Shown in pieces: positions 25,601 to 34,177 of a stretch of 50,495 nucleotides of DNA. The stretch covers positions 1 through 50,495 of the IMG/VR virus record IMGVR_UViG_3300028585_000028; one strand, written 5' to 3'. The translations under genes were made by a program, and so were the position numbers. Position 1 is the first letter of the stretch. Every line of letters starts with the position of its first letter. Under the pieces are notes generated by a model. The model did no database searches. It was given only the letters and a program-made list of their open reading frames with translations, and was not told the origin of the DNA. The stretch is from a virus. Taxonomy: Duplodnaviria; Caudoviricetes.

Positions 25601-27541
25601 GAGCTGGCGCAGGCCGAGAAGGAGGGCGCGGCCACGTCGGAGTTCCTCGGTCAGAAGATCGCTGAGACTGGCGACGAGGCCGAAGCTGCCGGTGGCGATG
25701 TTTCCACTCTGTCGGACGAGCTGGACAAGATGTTCGGCACGGTCGACGCGGGCGCTAACTTCGCGACGTCGCTCCAGGCGCTCTTCTCCGGGATCAAAGA
25801 CGGCGGCACGTCGTTCGACTACCTGTCCGAGTCGGGTCGCACGAACCTGTCGAACCTCCGGGATTCGATCGAGGCCACAGTGGCGTACGGCGAGACGATG
25901 GGGCTCAGCACAGCAGAGAGCATCCAGCAGCTCTTCGCCGAGCTTCAGGCGCAGGGCGTCGACACGGCTTCGCTGATCCAGCAGCTCTCGCTCGAACCGT
26001 ACATGTTTACGGCCACGCTCGATGACAGCGACGTTCGCCAGAAGCTGGTCAACATCGGCACCGCCGCCGCAATGGCCCTGACCGGCAAGGGCAACATCGC
26101 TGACATTTTCAAGACGGCTGCACCGCCGACTCAGAAGCTGAACTTTGCGGCCGACGCGCTTCGCGGCACCCTCTCGAACGTGGCGCAGGTCGCACCGCGT
26201 GCAGCTAAGGGTGTCGACAAGGCTGCCGAGGCTGCCGAGAAGGCTGCAAAGAAGGTCGTCACCCTCAACGACTACATGTCGGATCTGCAGGGTGTTTTCA
26301 GCGACGCTACGAGCTACCGCTTCGGAGTGCAGGATGGACTCGACGAGGTGGCCGGCAAGTGGGCCGACATCAACGATGAAATCAAGCAAAACCAGAAGGA
26401 CGTTCAGGATGCTCAGCGAGAACTGCGCGATTACCGCGTAGAGCTGGGGCTACTTCGTTCCGACCTGTCGCAGCAGAAATACTTCCTGCGCATCGCCGTG
26501 CAGTATGGCGACACGCTGCGCGCCGAAGAGATCTCCGCTGAGATCGCAAAGACGCAGGCCGACATCGCAGACAAGTCGGGCGACGTGGCGGACGCACAGC
26601 GTGAAGCTGCGGCCAAGACCGACATGTCGAGCATGTCGTACCGCGAGCAGCGCGAGTCGCTGTCCGACCTGTATGGCTCGTACCAGCAGATCATCCTGGA
26701 GTACGCGCGCTCCGGCGCATCGCAGGAGCAGCTTCGGAAGAAGACCGAGGAGCTGCGCAGCGCGTTCGTACGCCAGGCTCAGCAGGCCGGCTACTCGAAC
26801 ACGCAGATCCAGCGATACTCGGTTGCGTTCAACGACCTGACCTACGCGATCTCGAAGGTGCCGCGAAACGTCAACGTCGCGATGAACGCGAACCCCGCCG
26901 TTCAGGCTGCCAACGATTTCCGCGCCAAGTTGGATCTCGCTAACGATTCACTGAACAAGCTGCGCAAGAACTCCAGCAACCCGATCTCCGCGCCGACCGT
27001 GAGCGACGCAGCACTCCAGCGCGGCGCTCGTGCTGCGGCGCTCCAGCAGGAGATCAACATCAATCTCGCAAAGCAGGGCGAGGCGATGCGCACCCTGAAT
27101 GTCGCCGACACCGTTCGCTATGGAGCGGCAGCAACCAACGCCATCACGAAGCTGCGCAGCGGCAACTACGCCGACGGTGGATTCGTCCCCGGCTCGCGCC
27201 CTGGTGATCGACGCGTCGACAATGTCAACGGCGTCCTCCCTGACGGCTCCGTCGTCGGTCTGCAGGGCGGCGAGCCGATCATCAACAACCGCGCTCGTGA
27301 CCTGTACGGCGACAAGATGTTCGAGCAGATCAACTCGCTGAAGTTCAAGCCGCAGATCACCCCGAACATCATCGTGCAGGGCGGATCGGGCGGTGGCGAC
27401 GGGCCGACCTTCCTGTCCGCACAGGACCGCCTGCTCCTGCAGCAGATCCGCGATAGGATCGGTCTCAGCATCACCGGCAACGCTCTCCAGTCGGCAGTCG
27501 GTGCCGCTAACCGGACCGGCAGCATTCGGAAGGACAGCTAG
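22676..27541 (+). CDS. tape measure protein
   Basis: 1621 aa, Ala-rich helical; TP901-type core (FEASFADV, ATESEI, PEAARGS). Confidence 0.95.
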   Translation: MAPGRDDSFDFEITADGRDARQELASVLQSMRALAAEATRSGAVVDKSTQQQARSYGTLARELGVVEKAALQTERALAQQAASRDRARGARANANTAEGRQASSAAVGANNVSRSEFQAEAAMMGAITAERRAQAAIAATTNKNAIAAAQIELQTARAEAVIEQSISQSRARESASSSASSLAAARERVALRQQENKDLIAQGQITLLNDRSEEISDRRQARAMAERQKALQAEQRSLQQLQATERSRAIQSERNARAIAGGSTTERTSALAAERMANPLGDISQINATRYALGDTAQTAALAGAAVASVGVASIVVATQFEASFADVQRAAELTGGSVQAVRNDLLDITKTMPTNFADVAGVAQLGAQMNIAERDLDSFATVVSQFAATTDVSTEQTAISFGRISNLLDVNPADFDKLGSSIYDVGIKSVATESEILSTTQQIAGAAAAYNFTADQVVGLGAAFASLAIAPEAARGSVTRIFGDIEKAVATGGEELEEYARIMRVDVADATQLWQADPSAFFQKLVQGLSQSKSLIQDLGAIGANDVRDQNLLQRLAGNPELLANSLNIASDAFDEGTALADGYAYTIDTLAAKLKILLNNVQALAAGAGTPLLGPLGVVVDMLSAFIGLLSENTVLAGFVVALSLLVGGVLLMKGAIAAAMAGLLAMKFVMDQLSATAGVTGINLRSLASISRVVAGQFGLTNISIAGVTARLREMDVAAAGAGRSQSALRGGLQGVTGAATAAGTAVRGFGKATLVLAALQIGTELLGAGIEKLQYQFASAGERAESYFGDVSGFSDAVAKDTAIYNETGEAIAVYARSTGDAGKAATEAAPAVETWIGLQSEVPAATNAATAATEEQTFALGENARAWVQNAFAAQESIQQFANNPALVEGFNELGGSVDELLAQSLQGTGSAYVQAIADRANEAAAQLQGQLDQSRDPAEIAQLTDKIALYDRLAQDLPRTLGAGTAAVEELAQAEKEGAATSEFLGQKIAETGDEAEAAGGDVSTLSDELDKMFGTVDAGANFATSLQALFSGIKDGGTSFDYLSESGRTNLSNLRDSIEATVAYGETMGLSTAESIQQLFAELQAQGVDTASLIQQLSLEPYMFTATLDDSDVRQKLVNIGTAAAMALTGKGNIADIFKTAAPPTQKLNFAADALRGTLSNVAQVAPRAAKGVDKAAEAAEKAAKKVVTLNDYMSDLQGVFSDATSYRFGVQDGLDEVAGKWADINDEIKQNQKDVQDAQRELRDYRVELGLLRSDLSQQKYFLRIAVQYGDTLRAEEISAEIAKTQADIADKSGDVADAQREAAAKTDMSSMSYREQRESLSDLYGSYQQIILEYARSGASQEQLRKKTEELRSAFVRQAQQAGYSNTQIQRYSVAFNDLTYAISKVPRNVNVAMNANPAVQAANDFRAKLDLANDSLNKLRKNSSNPISAPTVSDAALQRGARAAALQQEININLAKQGEAMRTLNVADTVRYGAAATNAITKLRSGNYADGGFVPGSRPGDRRVDNVNGVLPDGSVVGLQGGEPIINNRARDLYGDKMFEQINSLKFKPQITPNIIVQGGSGGGDGPTFLSAQDRLLLQQIRDRIGLSITGNALQSAVGAANRTGSIRKDS

Positions 27542-28413
27542 TGGGCAACAAGCGACAGATGTGGATGGGACCGCGGGGCGGTGAGCGATGGGTCGCCGCT
27601 CCCGACCGTGGCCCTCGATCGACGCGTGCTGGCTACTCAAAGAAGAGCGAGTACATGAACGGCGGGGCAGGCGTGCGCACTTCTCGTGCCGGCCACTGGG
27701 AGTACACCCTCACGTGGAACGCCAAGAAGCGTGCCGACGTCCGCCCCATCGTCGACATGTACGACGGGCTCTATGACACGGTGCCGGGCACGAACCCGAT
27801 CTACTTCATCGACCCCTTCGCGGCCGACGCCAACCTGTTCAGCCAGGCATGGGCGTCCCCGTTCATGGCCGGCTACGATGCAATGCCCATGATCCAGGGT
27901 GTCCGACCACGGCTCGTGCCGACCGAGATCAACCCCTACGACTACCCGGTGCGGAGTGCCCGGTACGAGAACACTGGCACACCTGCTCAGTTCTATCTGC
28001 CGATCCCCCCGGGTCACACGTTGCATGTCGGAATGCATGGCTCGACGACGGGCGCTGGAGCCATGATGATGCGCCGCATCACTGCGCGTTTTCCCGAGAC
28101 AACATCGGCTCCCGAAGTTCTCCCGATGACTCCAGTGACATCGACTACGCGCTTCTCGAACACCATCCGCGGCGACGAGAACACTTTCGGCGTCGAGTTC
28201 TACCTGGCGACAGCCGGTGGCACCACGACCATCTCGGGCATGATGGCGCAGATCCTCCCCGACGGCCAGCGCCCATTCGCGTCCGAGTTCATCTCCGGCC
28301 AGGGAAACAGCGGCTGTGCTTTCGCGTCCCGTCCCGAAGAGAGCCCGCAGAGCGCAGCGCGTGACATCTACGGCCTGTCGGCAGAACTGGTGGAGATCGG
28401 CGCATGGCTGTAG
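27541..28413 (+). CDS. minor tail protein (Dit-like)
   Basis: First gene after the tape measure gene. Confidence 0.75.
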   Translation: MGNKRQMWMGPRGGERWVAAPDRGPRSTRAGYSKKSEYMNGGAGVRTSRAGHWEYTLTWNAKKRADVRPIVDMYDGLYDTVPGTNPIYFIDPFAADANLFSQAWASPFMAGYDAMPMIQGVRPRLVPTEINPYDYPVRSARYENTGTPAQFYLPIPPGHTLHVGMHGSTTGAGAMMMRRITARFPETTSAPEVLPMTPVTSTTRFSNTIRGDENTFGVEFYLATAGGTTTISGMMAQILPDGQRPFASEFISGQGNSGCAFASRPEESPQSAARDIYGLSAELVEIGAWL

Positions 28414-29999
28414 ACATCACCGTCGGCGACACGGTCTACATGAACGCAGTCGACTACACCGTCACCGAAGACTCTACCCCGACGAATGTCGATGACTTCT
28501 CTGGCGGTGTAGGAGAGATCACGTACACGTACGATCGAACGCCGGACGACTTCCGGCACCGCAACAAGAAGGTGACGCTGAAGGACGGCCTGCACGGCGT
28601 CGTGTCCGGCCTCGTCAAGAGCGTCAGTCGAGACGATTTCACGTCAACCGTCAGCGCCTATGCGCGCACGATCGCACTTTCGGTCCAGCGAACGACAAAG
28701 CCGTACCGCGGGACTTTGGGTGGCGCACTACGCTACTACTTGTCCCTTGTCGATCTCGCTGACGTCGACATTATCATCGACCCCACGCTGGAGTCGCGAG
28801 CTGTCGTCCTGCCGGGCTGGACCGATGAAGTCTATCTTCGCGTAGCCAAGCACCTCTGTGCTGCACAGCAGATGGAGATGTCTTACGTCTCAGACAAAGT
28901 GGTCTTTCGCCCGCTACGCACTCGCATCGCTGAGCGTTTCCGTGATTCCGATGTCAGCATGTCGATCGACGAATCCAACCTGGCGCAAAAGGTGCGACTG
29001 AACTACTACAATCCGGTCTGGAAAGATCGGGCGCTCGCCTATCCTCTCGGTGGGTGGAACGAGGATGTTGAGATTTTCACGGTCGATGCAGGTGAGACCG
29101 TTGAGTTCGATGATGTCGAAGTCAGCGCGTCCCTCGAAAGCGTCGAACAGCCAGTCTGCGTCACAAACGTTGGCCCAGAATATTCTGCAAGCAGCGTTTA
29201 CACGGTCATGGGTTCCGACAGCCTGCCGATTCCTCCCGCTCAGTGGGAAGCACAGGGGGGTAGCCTCCGCGTCGTTGTGAACAAAGACACGCGCAGCCTG
29301 AAGATCGTCATCCGTGGCGCTAGGGAAAAGAAGTATGCGCCCTACAGCATCGCAGTGTCGTCGGGGTCGGGGAACGACTACTCGACTCTGCGCATCGTTG
29401 GCAAGGGGGTGTTCCTCGACAAGCAAACAATCGAAGCCGATACTGGCTACGGTCCCGACCAGGCGACAACCGAGATCGCTGGCGACGCCGAGAACGAGTT
29501 CGTTGGCACGTATGATGAGGCGCAGCAACATCTCGGCCGCGCGCTGTCTCGATACGGCAGCCCGACCATATCCGTTAGTGCAACGACGAGTGGTATCAAT
29601 CGTCGCGGCGACACTGGCTCTTATGCTTTTGCGACTATCGGCCAGTTCAACAAGGAATACAAAGGCATGACCATCGGAGGATTTAATACCCTCTGGTCAG
29701 GTAAGACGATCAAAGAGTTCAACGAGTTCTGGCGCAACACTGTCCTGAGTGAGTTCGAGAATCAGTCGTTCGGGAACGTGGCGGGTGCTCGAATGCGTGA
29801 GGAGGACAAGTTCTTTAGGATTCGCAGCGCAACTAACAAGGCTGGAATCGTCAGCTATCGAGGCGACTCGGATACGATCATCCGCGACTTTAATACAGAA
29901 TGGGCCGGCAAAACTATCGGCGACTTTAACCGAGCATGGGCCGGCAAGAAGATGGCGGACTTCACGCTGCACCCATTGGCAGGAGCGACTAATGAGTGA
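28404..29999 (+). CDS. minor tail protein (Tal/hub-like) with 12-aa repeats
   Basis: Synteny; C-terminal TIxxFNxxWxGK repeats. Confidence 0.75.
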   Translation: MAVDITVGDTVYMNAVDYTVTEDSTPTNVDDFSGGVGEITYTYDRTPDDFRHRNKKVTLKDGLHGVVSGLVKSVSRDDFTSTVSAYARTIALSVQRTTKPYRGTLGGALRYYLSLVDLADVDIIIDPTLESRAVVLPGWTDEVYLRVAKHLCAAQQMEMSYVSDKVVFRPLRTRIAERFRDSDVSMSIDESNLAQKVRLNYYNPVWKDRALAYPLGGWNEDVEIFTVDAGETVEFDDVEVSASLESVEQPVCVTNVGPEYSASSVYTVMGSDSLPIPPAQWEAQGGSLRVVVNKDTRSLKIVIRGAREKKYAPYSIAVSSGSGNDYSTLRIVGKGVFLDKQTIEADTGYGPDQATTEIAGDAENEFVGTYDEAQQHLGRALSRYGSPTISVSATTSGINRRGDTGSYAFATIGQFNKEYKGMTIGGFNTLWSGKTIKEFNEFWRNTVLSEFENQSFGNVAGARMREEDKFFRIRSATNKAGIVSYRGDSDTIIRDFNTEWAGKTIGDFNRAWAGKKMADFTLHPLAGATNE

Positions 30000-30708
30000 T
30001 ATCGCACCCGGCGATCCGCTAAACAATCTTCCACTGTTCCCTGACGCCAATCTGGAAAGCGGCGCAATGCCGTGGGCGCGCAGAATCCAGAAAGAGCTTC
30101 TGGCGCTTATGCGCAGCACTCGTCGACAGATCAATTACCTGAACAACGCGAACAAGCGCACCACGGCCACGCTTTCGAGTCAAGGCCGCACGCTGATCCA
30201 ACTCGCAGCCACTCAGGTAGAGCTGGCGAGCATTCAGGACGACCAGGCTCAGATTCTCATCGACGTGCAGAAGGCTGTCGACGCGTCCGGCCGTGCGATT
30301 TCGCGCCTCGATGCATTGGCTCGCTCTGAGTACGCATCGAGCAATGCACAGTTCGGGAACTTCACTGGCTTCTACACCGGAACGAAGCCCGAAGTCACAA
30401 TCACGAGCCCGACGGGCAAGCTTCAGCTTCAGTTCGGTGGATCGCTCAACGGCGGAAGTGGATATTTCGTCTACACTGTCATCCGAAACGACACTGGTGA
30501 AGCTTTCGTCAACCGAGACACTGTTGTGGAAGACCCGTCGCGTCGTGTTGCACTTTCCGGTGGAGCATCATTCTCGCCCTCGGGCTACAACACCATCGTC
30601 ATCAGCGTCCCCGCGAACGTGTCTCTCACCGTGCGCTGTGAAGTGTACGCCGAAAGCACGTTCGTCACCTTCGTTGGCCGTTCCATCTTCGCGCAGGTCG
30701 CGCCCTAA
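29992..30708 (+). CDS. minor tail protein
   Basis: AGGAG RBS; coiled-coil followed by a beta-rich domain. Confidence 0.7.
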   Translation: MSDIAPGDPLNNLPLFPDANLESGAMPWARRIQKELLALMRSTRRQINYLNNANKRTTATLSSQGRTLIQLAATQVELASIQDDQAQILIDVQKAVDASGRAISRLDALARSEYASSNAQFGNFTGFYTGTKPEVTITSPTGKLQLQFGGSLNGGSGYFVYTVIRNDTGEAFVNRDTVVEDPSRRVALSGGASFSPSGYNTIVISVPANVSLTVRCEVYAESTFVTFVGRSIFAQVAP

Positions 30709-30725
30709 TCAGCTAGGATACCCCC

Positions 30726-31451
30726 ATGCCAAACCCCAATCTCCCGTCGATCGTTCGCGTCAATGAGCAGACGGGTGTCGACACGCTTGATCAGCTTCTC
30801 AACAATCAGGCGATCAGCACGGAAGCTCTCGTTCTGGCCCTCCGCCGCATCGCTCCCGCCGCGGTGTCCGGTTTGACGCAACGGTCGCAGATCTTCCCGA
30901 TCCCCGCGCAGGGTGACAGGTGCTTCCGACTTGACCGGGGATGGGAAGAGGTCTACTACAAAGACTACAGTGCGGACTCCAATCCGGGTGGAGCTGCATG
31001 GGCCGGTACGGGCACGTGGATTCCCGTGTCTGGGACAATGCCCACCCTCGATGTCATTACAGACGCCGTGAACACACACAACAACAGCGGCGGATGGGTG
31101 ACGAAGACGGGCCTCACTGCCGGAACGATTCGCCGCCAGACTGGCAATTTTGGAGTCGGAAATGGAAGCTGGACCTTCCCCTTCCCTGGCAGCTATCAAA
31201 TCAGCGCAGAGATCGGGTTGGCAGGGTCCTCTTCGGGCACCCGCGGCTTGCGCGTGCTCATCGACGACGCCCTTACCAGCACAGACCTCGCTCGCGCTAC
31301 AGTGACAGGCGCTGGCTCCATCCAGATGTTCACGACTCACGCTTTCGCTTCCGCGGGCCAGGTCGGAGTGCTCCAAGCATTCCAGGACAGCGGCGGCAAC
31401 CTTGCAATGCCCTCAGCCCGTCTTCGGGTCCGATTCCTCGGCCCCGAATAA
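30726..31451 (+). CDS. minor tail / receptor-binding protein
   Basis: Beta-sandwich C-terminus (FPFPGSYQISA, LQAFQDSGGNL). Confidence 0.7.
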   Translation: MPNPNLPSIVRVNEQTGVDTLDQLLNNQAISTEALVLALRRIAPAAVSGLTQRSQIFPIPAQGDRCFRLDRGWEEVYYKDYSADSNPGGAAWAGTGTWIPVSGTMPTLDVITDAVNTHNNSGGWVTKTGLTAGTIRRQTGNFGVGNGSWTFPFPGSYQISAEIGLAGSSSGTRGLRVLIDDALTSTDLARATVTGAGSIQMFTTHAFASAGQVGVLQAFQDSGGNLAMPSARLRVRFLGPE

Positions 31452-31473
31452 CCACTACCCGAAAGGCACCATC

Positions 31474-31920
31474 ATGCTCGCCACCTTCCGCAAGATCCGC
31501 TACGCCCTCGCGGCCGTCCTGCTCGCCGCGCTCTTCGTCGCACTCTCGCCCACCGTCGCCTCCGCTGCGGCCGTGGATGCCGGCGCGGCCCCGACGATCG
31601 TGTTCGCGCCCGACTGGGTGCTCGTGCTGACCTTCATCGTCGGCACCGCCCTCCCTGTGCTGACGGGCCTCGTGACCAAGACCGTGACGTCGGCTAGGCG
31701 CAAGGCGCTCATCCTCCTCGGACTGTCGGCCGTCACCGGCCTGCTCTCCGAGCTGCTCGCGGCCGTGACCGCCGACGTGACCTACGACCTGTTCTCCGGC
31801 CTCATGACGGCCCTCGGCGTGTTCATCCTCGGCGTCGCCTTCCAGTTCGGCTTCTGGCGCCCCTCCGGCGTCACTGCGACCGTGCAGGCGGTCGGCGACA
31901 AGGGGTCGATCGCCTCCTGA
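31474..31920 (+). CDS. holin-like membrane protein
   Basis: GAAAGG RBS; 4 TM; LPVLTGLVTK...RKALILLGLS..G.W.P pattern of actinophage holins. Confidence 0.7.
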   Translation: MLATFRKIRYALAAVLLAALFVALSPTVASAAAVDAGAAPTIVFAPDWVLVLTFIVGTALPVLTGLVTKTVTSARRKALILLGLSAVTGLLSELLAAVTADVTYDLFSGLMTALGVFILGVAFQFGFWRPSGVTATVQAVGDKGSIAS

Positions 31921-31932
31921 TCCCCAACGACG

Positions 31933-31973
31933 AGATCCCCCGGCCGCTTTCGGGCGCCGGGGGATTTCTCTTT
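31933..31973 (+). terminator. intrinsic terminator
   Basis: ATCCCCCGG..CCGGGGGAT stem plus TTCTCTTT. Confidence 0.75.
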
Positions 31974-32031
31974 GTCATCGAGGTATATACTCGACCAGAC
32001 AGCGAGCAGGCCCGAGCAGTAGGATGACCGC

Positions 32032-32475
32032 ATGACCATCACCCCCCCGAACAAGGCACGTAGGTTCGTCTACCTCTACGACTGGATCGAAGAGCCTCGT
32101 CTCATCCGGGTGCTGCTCTTCCTCATCTACGCCGTCTTCGGCTACGGCGCGTACATCGCGCTCTTCTTCCCGCCGCCCACGATCCTCGCGGCGCTCGGCC
32201 AGGGCTACATGCACGCACTCGCGAGCTTCCTGACGTTCGGAGCGATCACGGCCGGGGTCGCAGTTCTGCCGGGGTGGTACTGGCTCGAACGCGCAGGCGC
32301 TGCGTCTCTGACCGTCGGTGCCGCGCTGTATGCTGTCACTGTAGTCTCGTTGCAAATCCTGGATGGCAGCGAACTGAATCGGGGGCTTCAGCTCACGTTC
32401 GTGGTAGTGGTCTTCCTGGCACTCATCGTTCGCCTGGCGTCGATTCGGGGAGCTGACCTCGACCCGAAAAGGTAG
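32032..32475 (+). CDS. membrane protein (4 TM, lysis-associated)
   Basis: Four hydrophobic segments; TAGGAT-N6-ATG. Confidence 0.8.
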   Translation: MTITPPNKARRFVYLYDWIEEPRLIRVLLFLIYAVFGYGAYIALFFPPPTILAALGQGYMHALASFLTFGAITAGVAVLPGWYWLERAGAASLTVGAALYAVTVVSLQILDGSELNRGLQLTFVVVVFLALIVRLASIRGADLDPKR

Positions 32476-32484
32476 CCCCTCGTC

Positions 32485-32841
32485 ATGGAAAACTCGCTCG
32501 TTCAGGGGATCATCGGGTTTCTGACCGCTGGCGGAACGACGGGCGTCGCCTTCGTCACCGCGCGAGGATTCTGGCGCTGGTGGACCGGCCGTGCCGGACG
32601 TGAGCGGATGCGCACTCGCTCGATCGCAGACGAGAAGGACGCCGCCCTCAATCTCCTCGACGATGAGGCGACCTACCGGCGCGCCGTCCAGGAGTGGGCA
32701 TCCAAGCTGGTCCGCATCATCCACGAGGCCGGCCTGGGCCACCTCATCCCCGAGGAGCCTCAGAACCCCGCCGACGAGCGCCAGAAGCGGCCCCCGCTGG
32801 AGTCCCGGCAGTCCGCCAGGCGCCGCCGCGAGGGCCGCTGA
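32485..32841 (+). CDS. membrane protein (1 TM plus coiled coil)
   Basis: N-terminal TM followed by a charged helix. Confidence 0.75.
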   Translation: MENSLVQGIIGFLTAGGTTGVAFVTARGFWRWWTGRAGRERMRTRSIADEKDAALNLLDDEATYRRAVQEWASKLVRIIHEAGLGHLIPEEPQNPADERQKRPPLESRQSARRRREGR

Positions 32842-32844
32842 GCC

Positions 32845-33342
32845 TCACTCTCCGGGGTCAGGGGCGAACAGCTCGACCGTCGGCCGGTTGCCTTGCAGGA
32901 TGGCCCACGCGAGCGCGTGGCGGACGGCCTGTGCCTGGTCCGCGTGCCCCTTGCCGCCCGGCCAGTAGCCGTGCTTCTTCAGGTCGTCGTGGCTGACGAT
33001 CGTCCGCTGCCCGGGCATCTGGACGGCCACGGGGAGGTCGTAGGCCCATCCCAGCGTCTTCATCATGCCGACGATCTCCAGAGGGCCGGCGTTCACCCGC
33101 GGGATCAGCGGCACGAAGTTCTCGACGACGAGCTGGTCAGCCTCATTGCGCAGCGCCTCCCCGAGGCGCGAGCCGTCGCGGGTGATCTCCGCCAGGAAGG
33201 GGTCGGGACCACCTGGCACGAGCCCACCGTCGAGCACGAGCGGCGGGTGGTCACCGAACTGGATGAGGGACCACCCGCTGCCCCGGATCTCGCGCGTCGT
33301 CTTCTGCTGGTCGCCTCCGCCGTCGACCGCGAGCACCTTCAC
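32845..33342 (-). CDS. RuvC-like Holliday junction resolvase
   Basis: VLAVDGG, GWSL, LVVENF, HADQAQAVRH acidic motifs. Confidence 0.7.
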   Translation of the reverse strand: MKVLAVDGGGDQQKTTREIRGSGWSLIQFGDHPPLVLDGGLVPGGPDPFLAEITRDGSRLGEALRNEADQLVVENFVPLIPRVNAGPLEIVGMMKTLGWAYDLPVAVQMPGQRTIVSHDDLKKHGYWPGGKGHADQAQAVRHALAWAILQGNRPTVELFAPDPGE

Positions 33343-33572
33343 GAGAGGCCCCGAGCCTCGCGGTCAGCCGCCTTGCAGTGCAGCACGACCGACTCGACGA
33401 GTGAGCTGCGCGTACCCGACGGCCCAGTCAGAGCGCGGATCATAAGCCACGGCGCTCGGGGGTCACCGCTACCATCTGTCCTGCTCGGCACCGACAGGAC
33501 GCTGGTCACCTCCCAGAGCTTCGTGCTCGTCGGGTAGCGCACGACGTCGTCCTTCTCGATCTCAGGCATCAT
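33339..33572 (-). CDS. hypothetical protein
   Basis: RBS AAGGGG; overlaps neighbouring genes. Confidence 0.55.
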   Translation of the reverse strand: MMPEIEKDDVVRYPTSTKLWEVTSVLSVPSRTDGSGDPRAPWLMIRALTGPSGTRSSLVESVVLHCKAADREARGLS

Positions 33573-33783
33573 TGCCCCCTTCTGCAAGAATCGTTCGCAG
33601 CTCATCGAAGTTCGGCTCCCAGCCCTCGTTGTCGCGCAGCCACTCACGTACGCGATTGACCCGTTCCTGCTCAGCGGCGAGTTCGGGAGCGATGAGCTTA
33701 CCCGTCTCGTGGTCGATCGTCTTTCCGATGGTCGAGATCGGGTGCTTGCGACCGCACATGCACTTGTGAGTGCGTTCAGCCAT
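33562..33783 (-). CDS. hypothetical protein
   Basis: AAGGAGG RBS; 73 aa. Confidence 0.7.
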   Translation of the reverse strand: MAERTHKCMCGRKHPISTIGKTIDHETGKLIAPELAAEQERVNRVREWLRDNEGWEPNFDELRTILAEGGNDA

Positions 33784-34177
33784 TGTCGGCCTCCTTCTTC
33801 ATGGTGCGTTGCTGGTACAGGATGGTGCCGAGCGAGATGCCGGTCAGCACAGAGAGGAGCTTGGTGGACGTCCCGGTGGCGACGACTCCTCGAATCAGCG
33901 TGCCGCGTGCGGGATCTTCGAGGTTGCCGGTGAGCTGGAGGATGACATCGAGTGTGGCGACGTCGAGCTTACCCGAAACTTCGCTCCGCCTTCCACTCTT
34001 GCGATGAGAAACGAACGCCCGAGAGAATCCGGTGAGGCTGGCGATGTGCGTCGGGCTCCAGAAGTTCTGCTCGGAGAACTTCTCGACCTGCTCGATGATC
34101 CACTCCTTGCTCTTCTGGTTCGAGCGGACATCGTTGCGCAGCACGATGGCTTCCATGACACGTCGCTGATGGTTCAC
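33776..34177 (-). CDS. double helix-turn-helix DNA-binding protein
   Basis: SPTHIASLTGFSRAFVS and STKLLSVLTGISLGTI; GTGA overlap with the primase gene. Confidence 0.7.
   Translation of the reverse strand: MNHQRRVMEAIVLRNDVRSNQKSKEWIIEQVEKFSEQNFWSPTHIASLTGFSRAFVSHRKSGRRSEVSGKLDVATLDVILQLTGNLEDPARGTLIRGVVATGTSTKLLSVLTGISLGTILYQQRTMKKEADNG

Noticed and set aside
24608-26389. 593-aa minus-strand ORF
   Set aside because: Shadow of the tape measure gene
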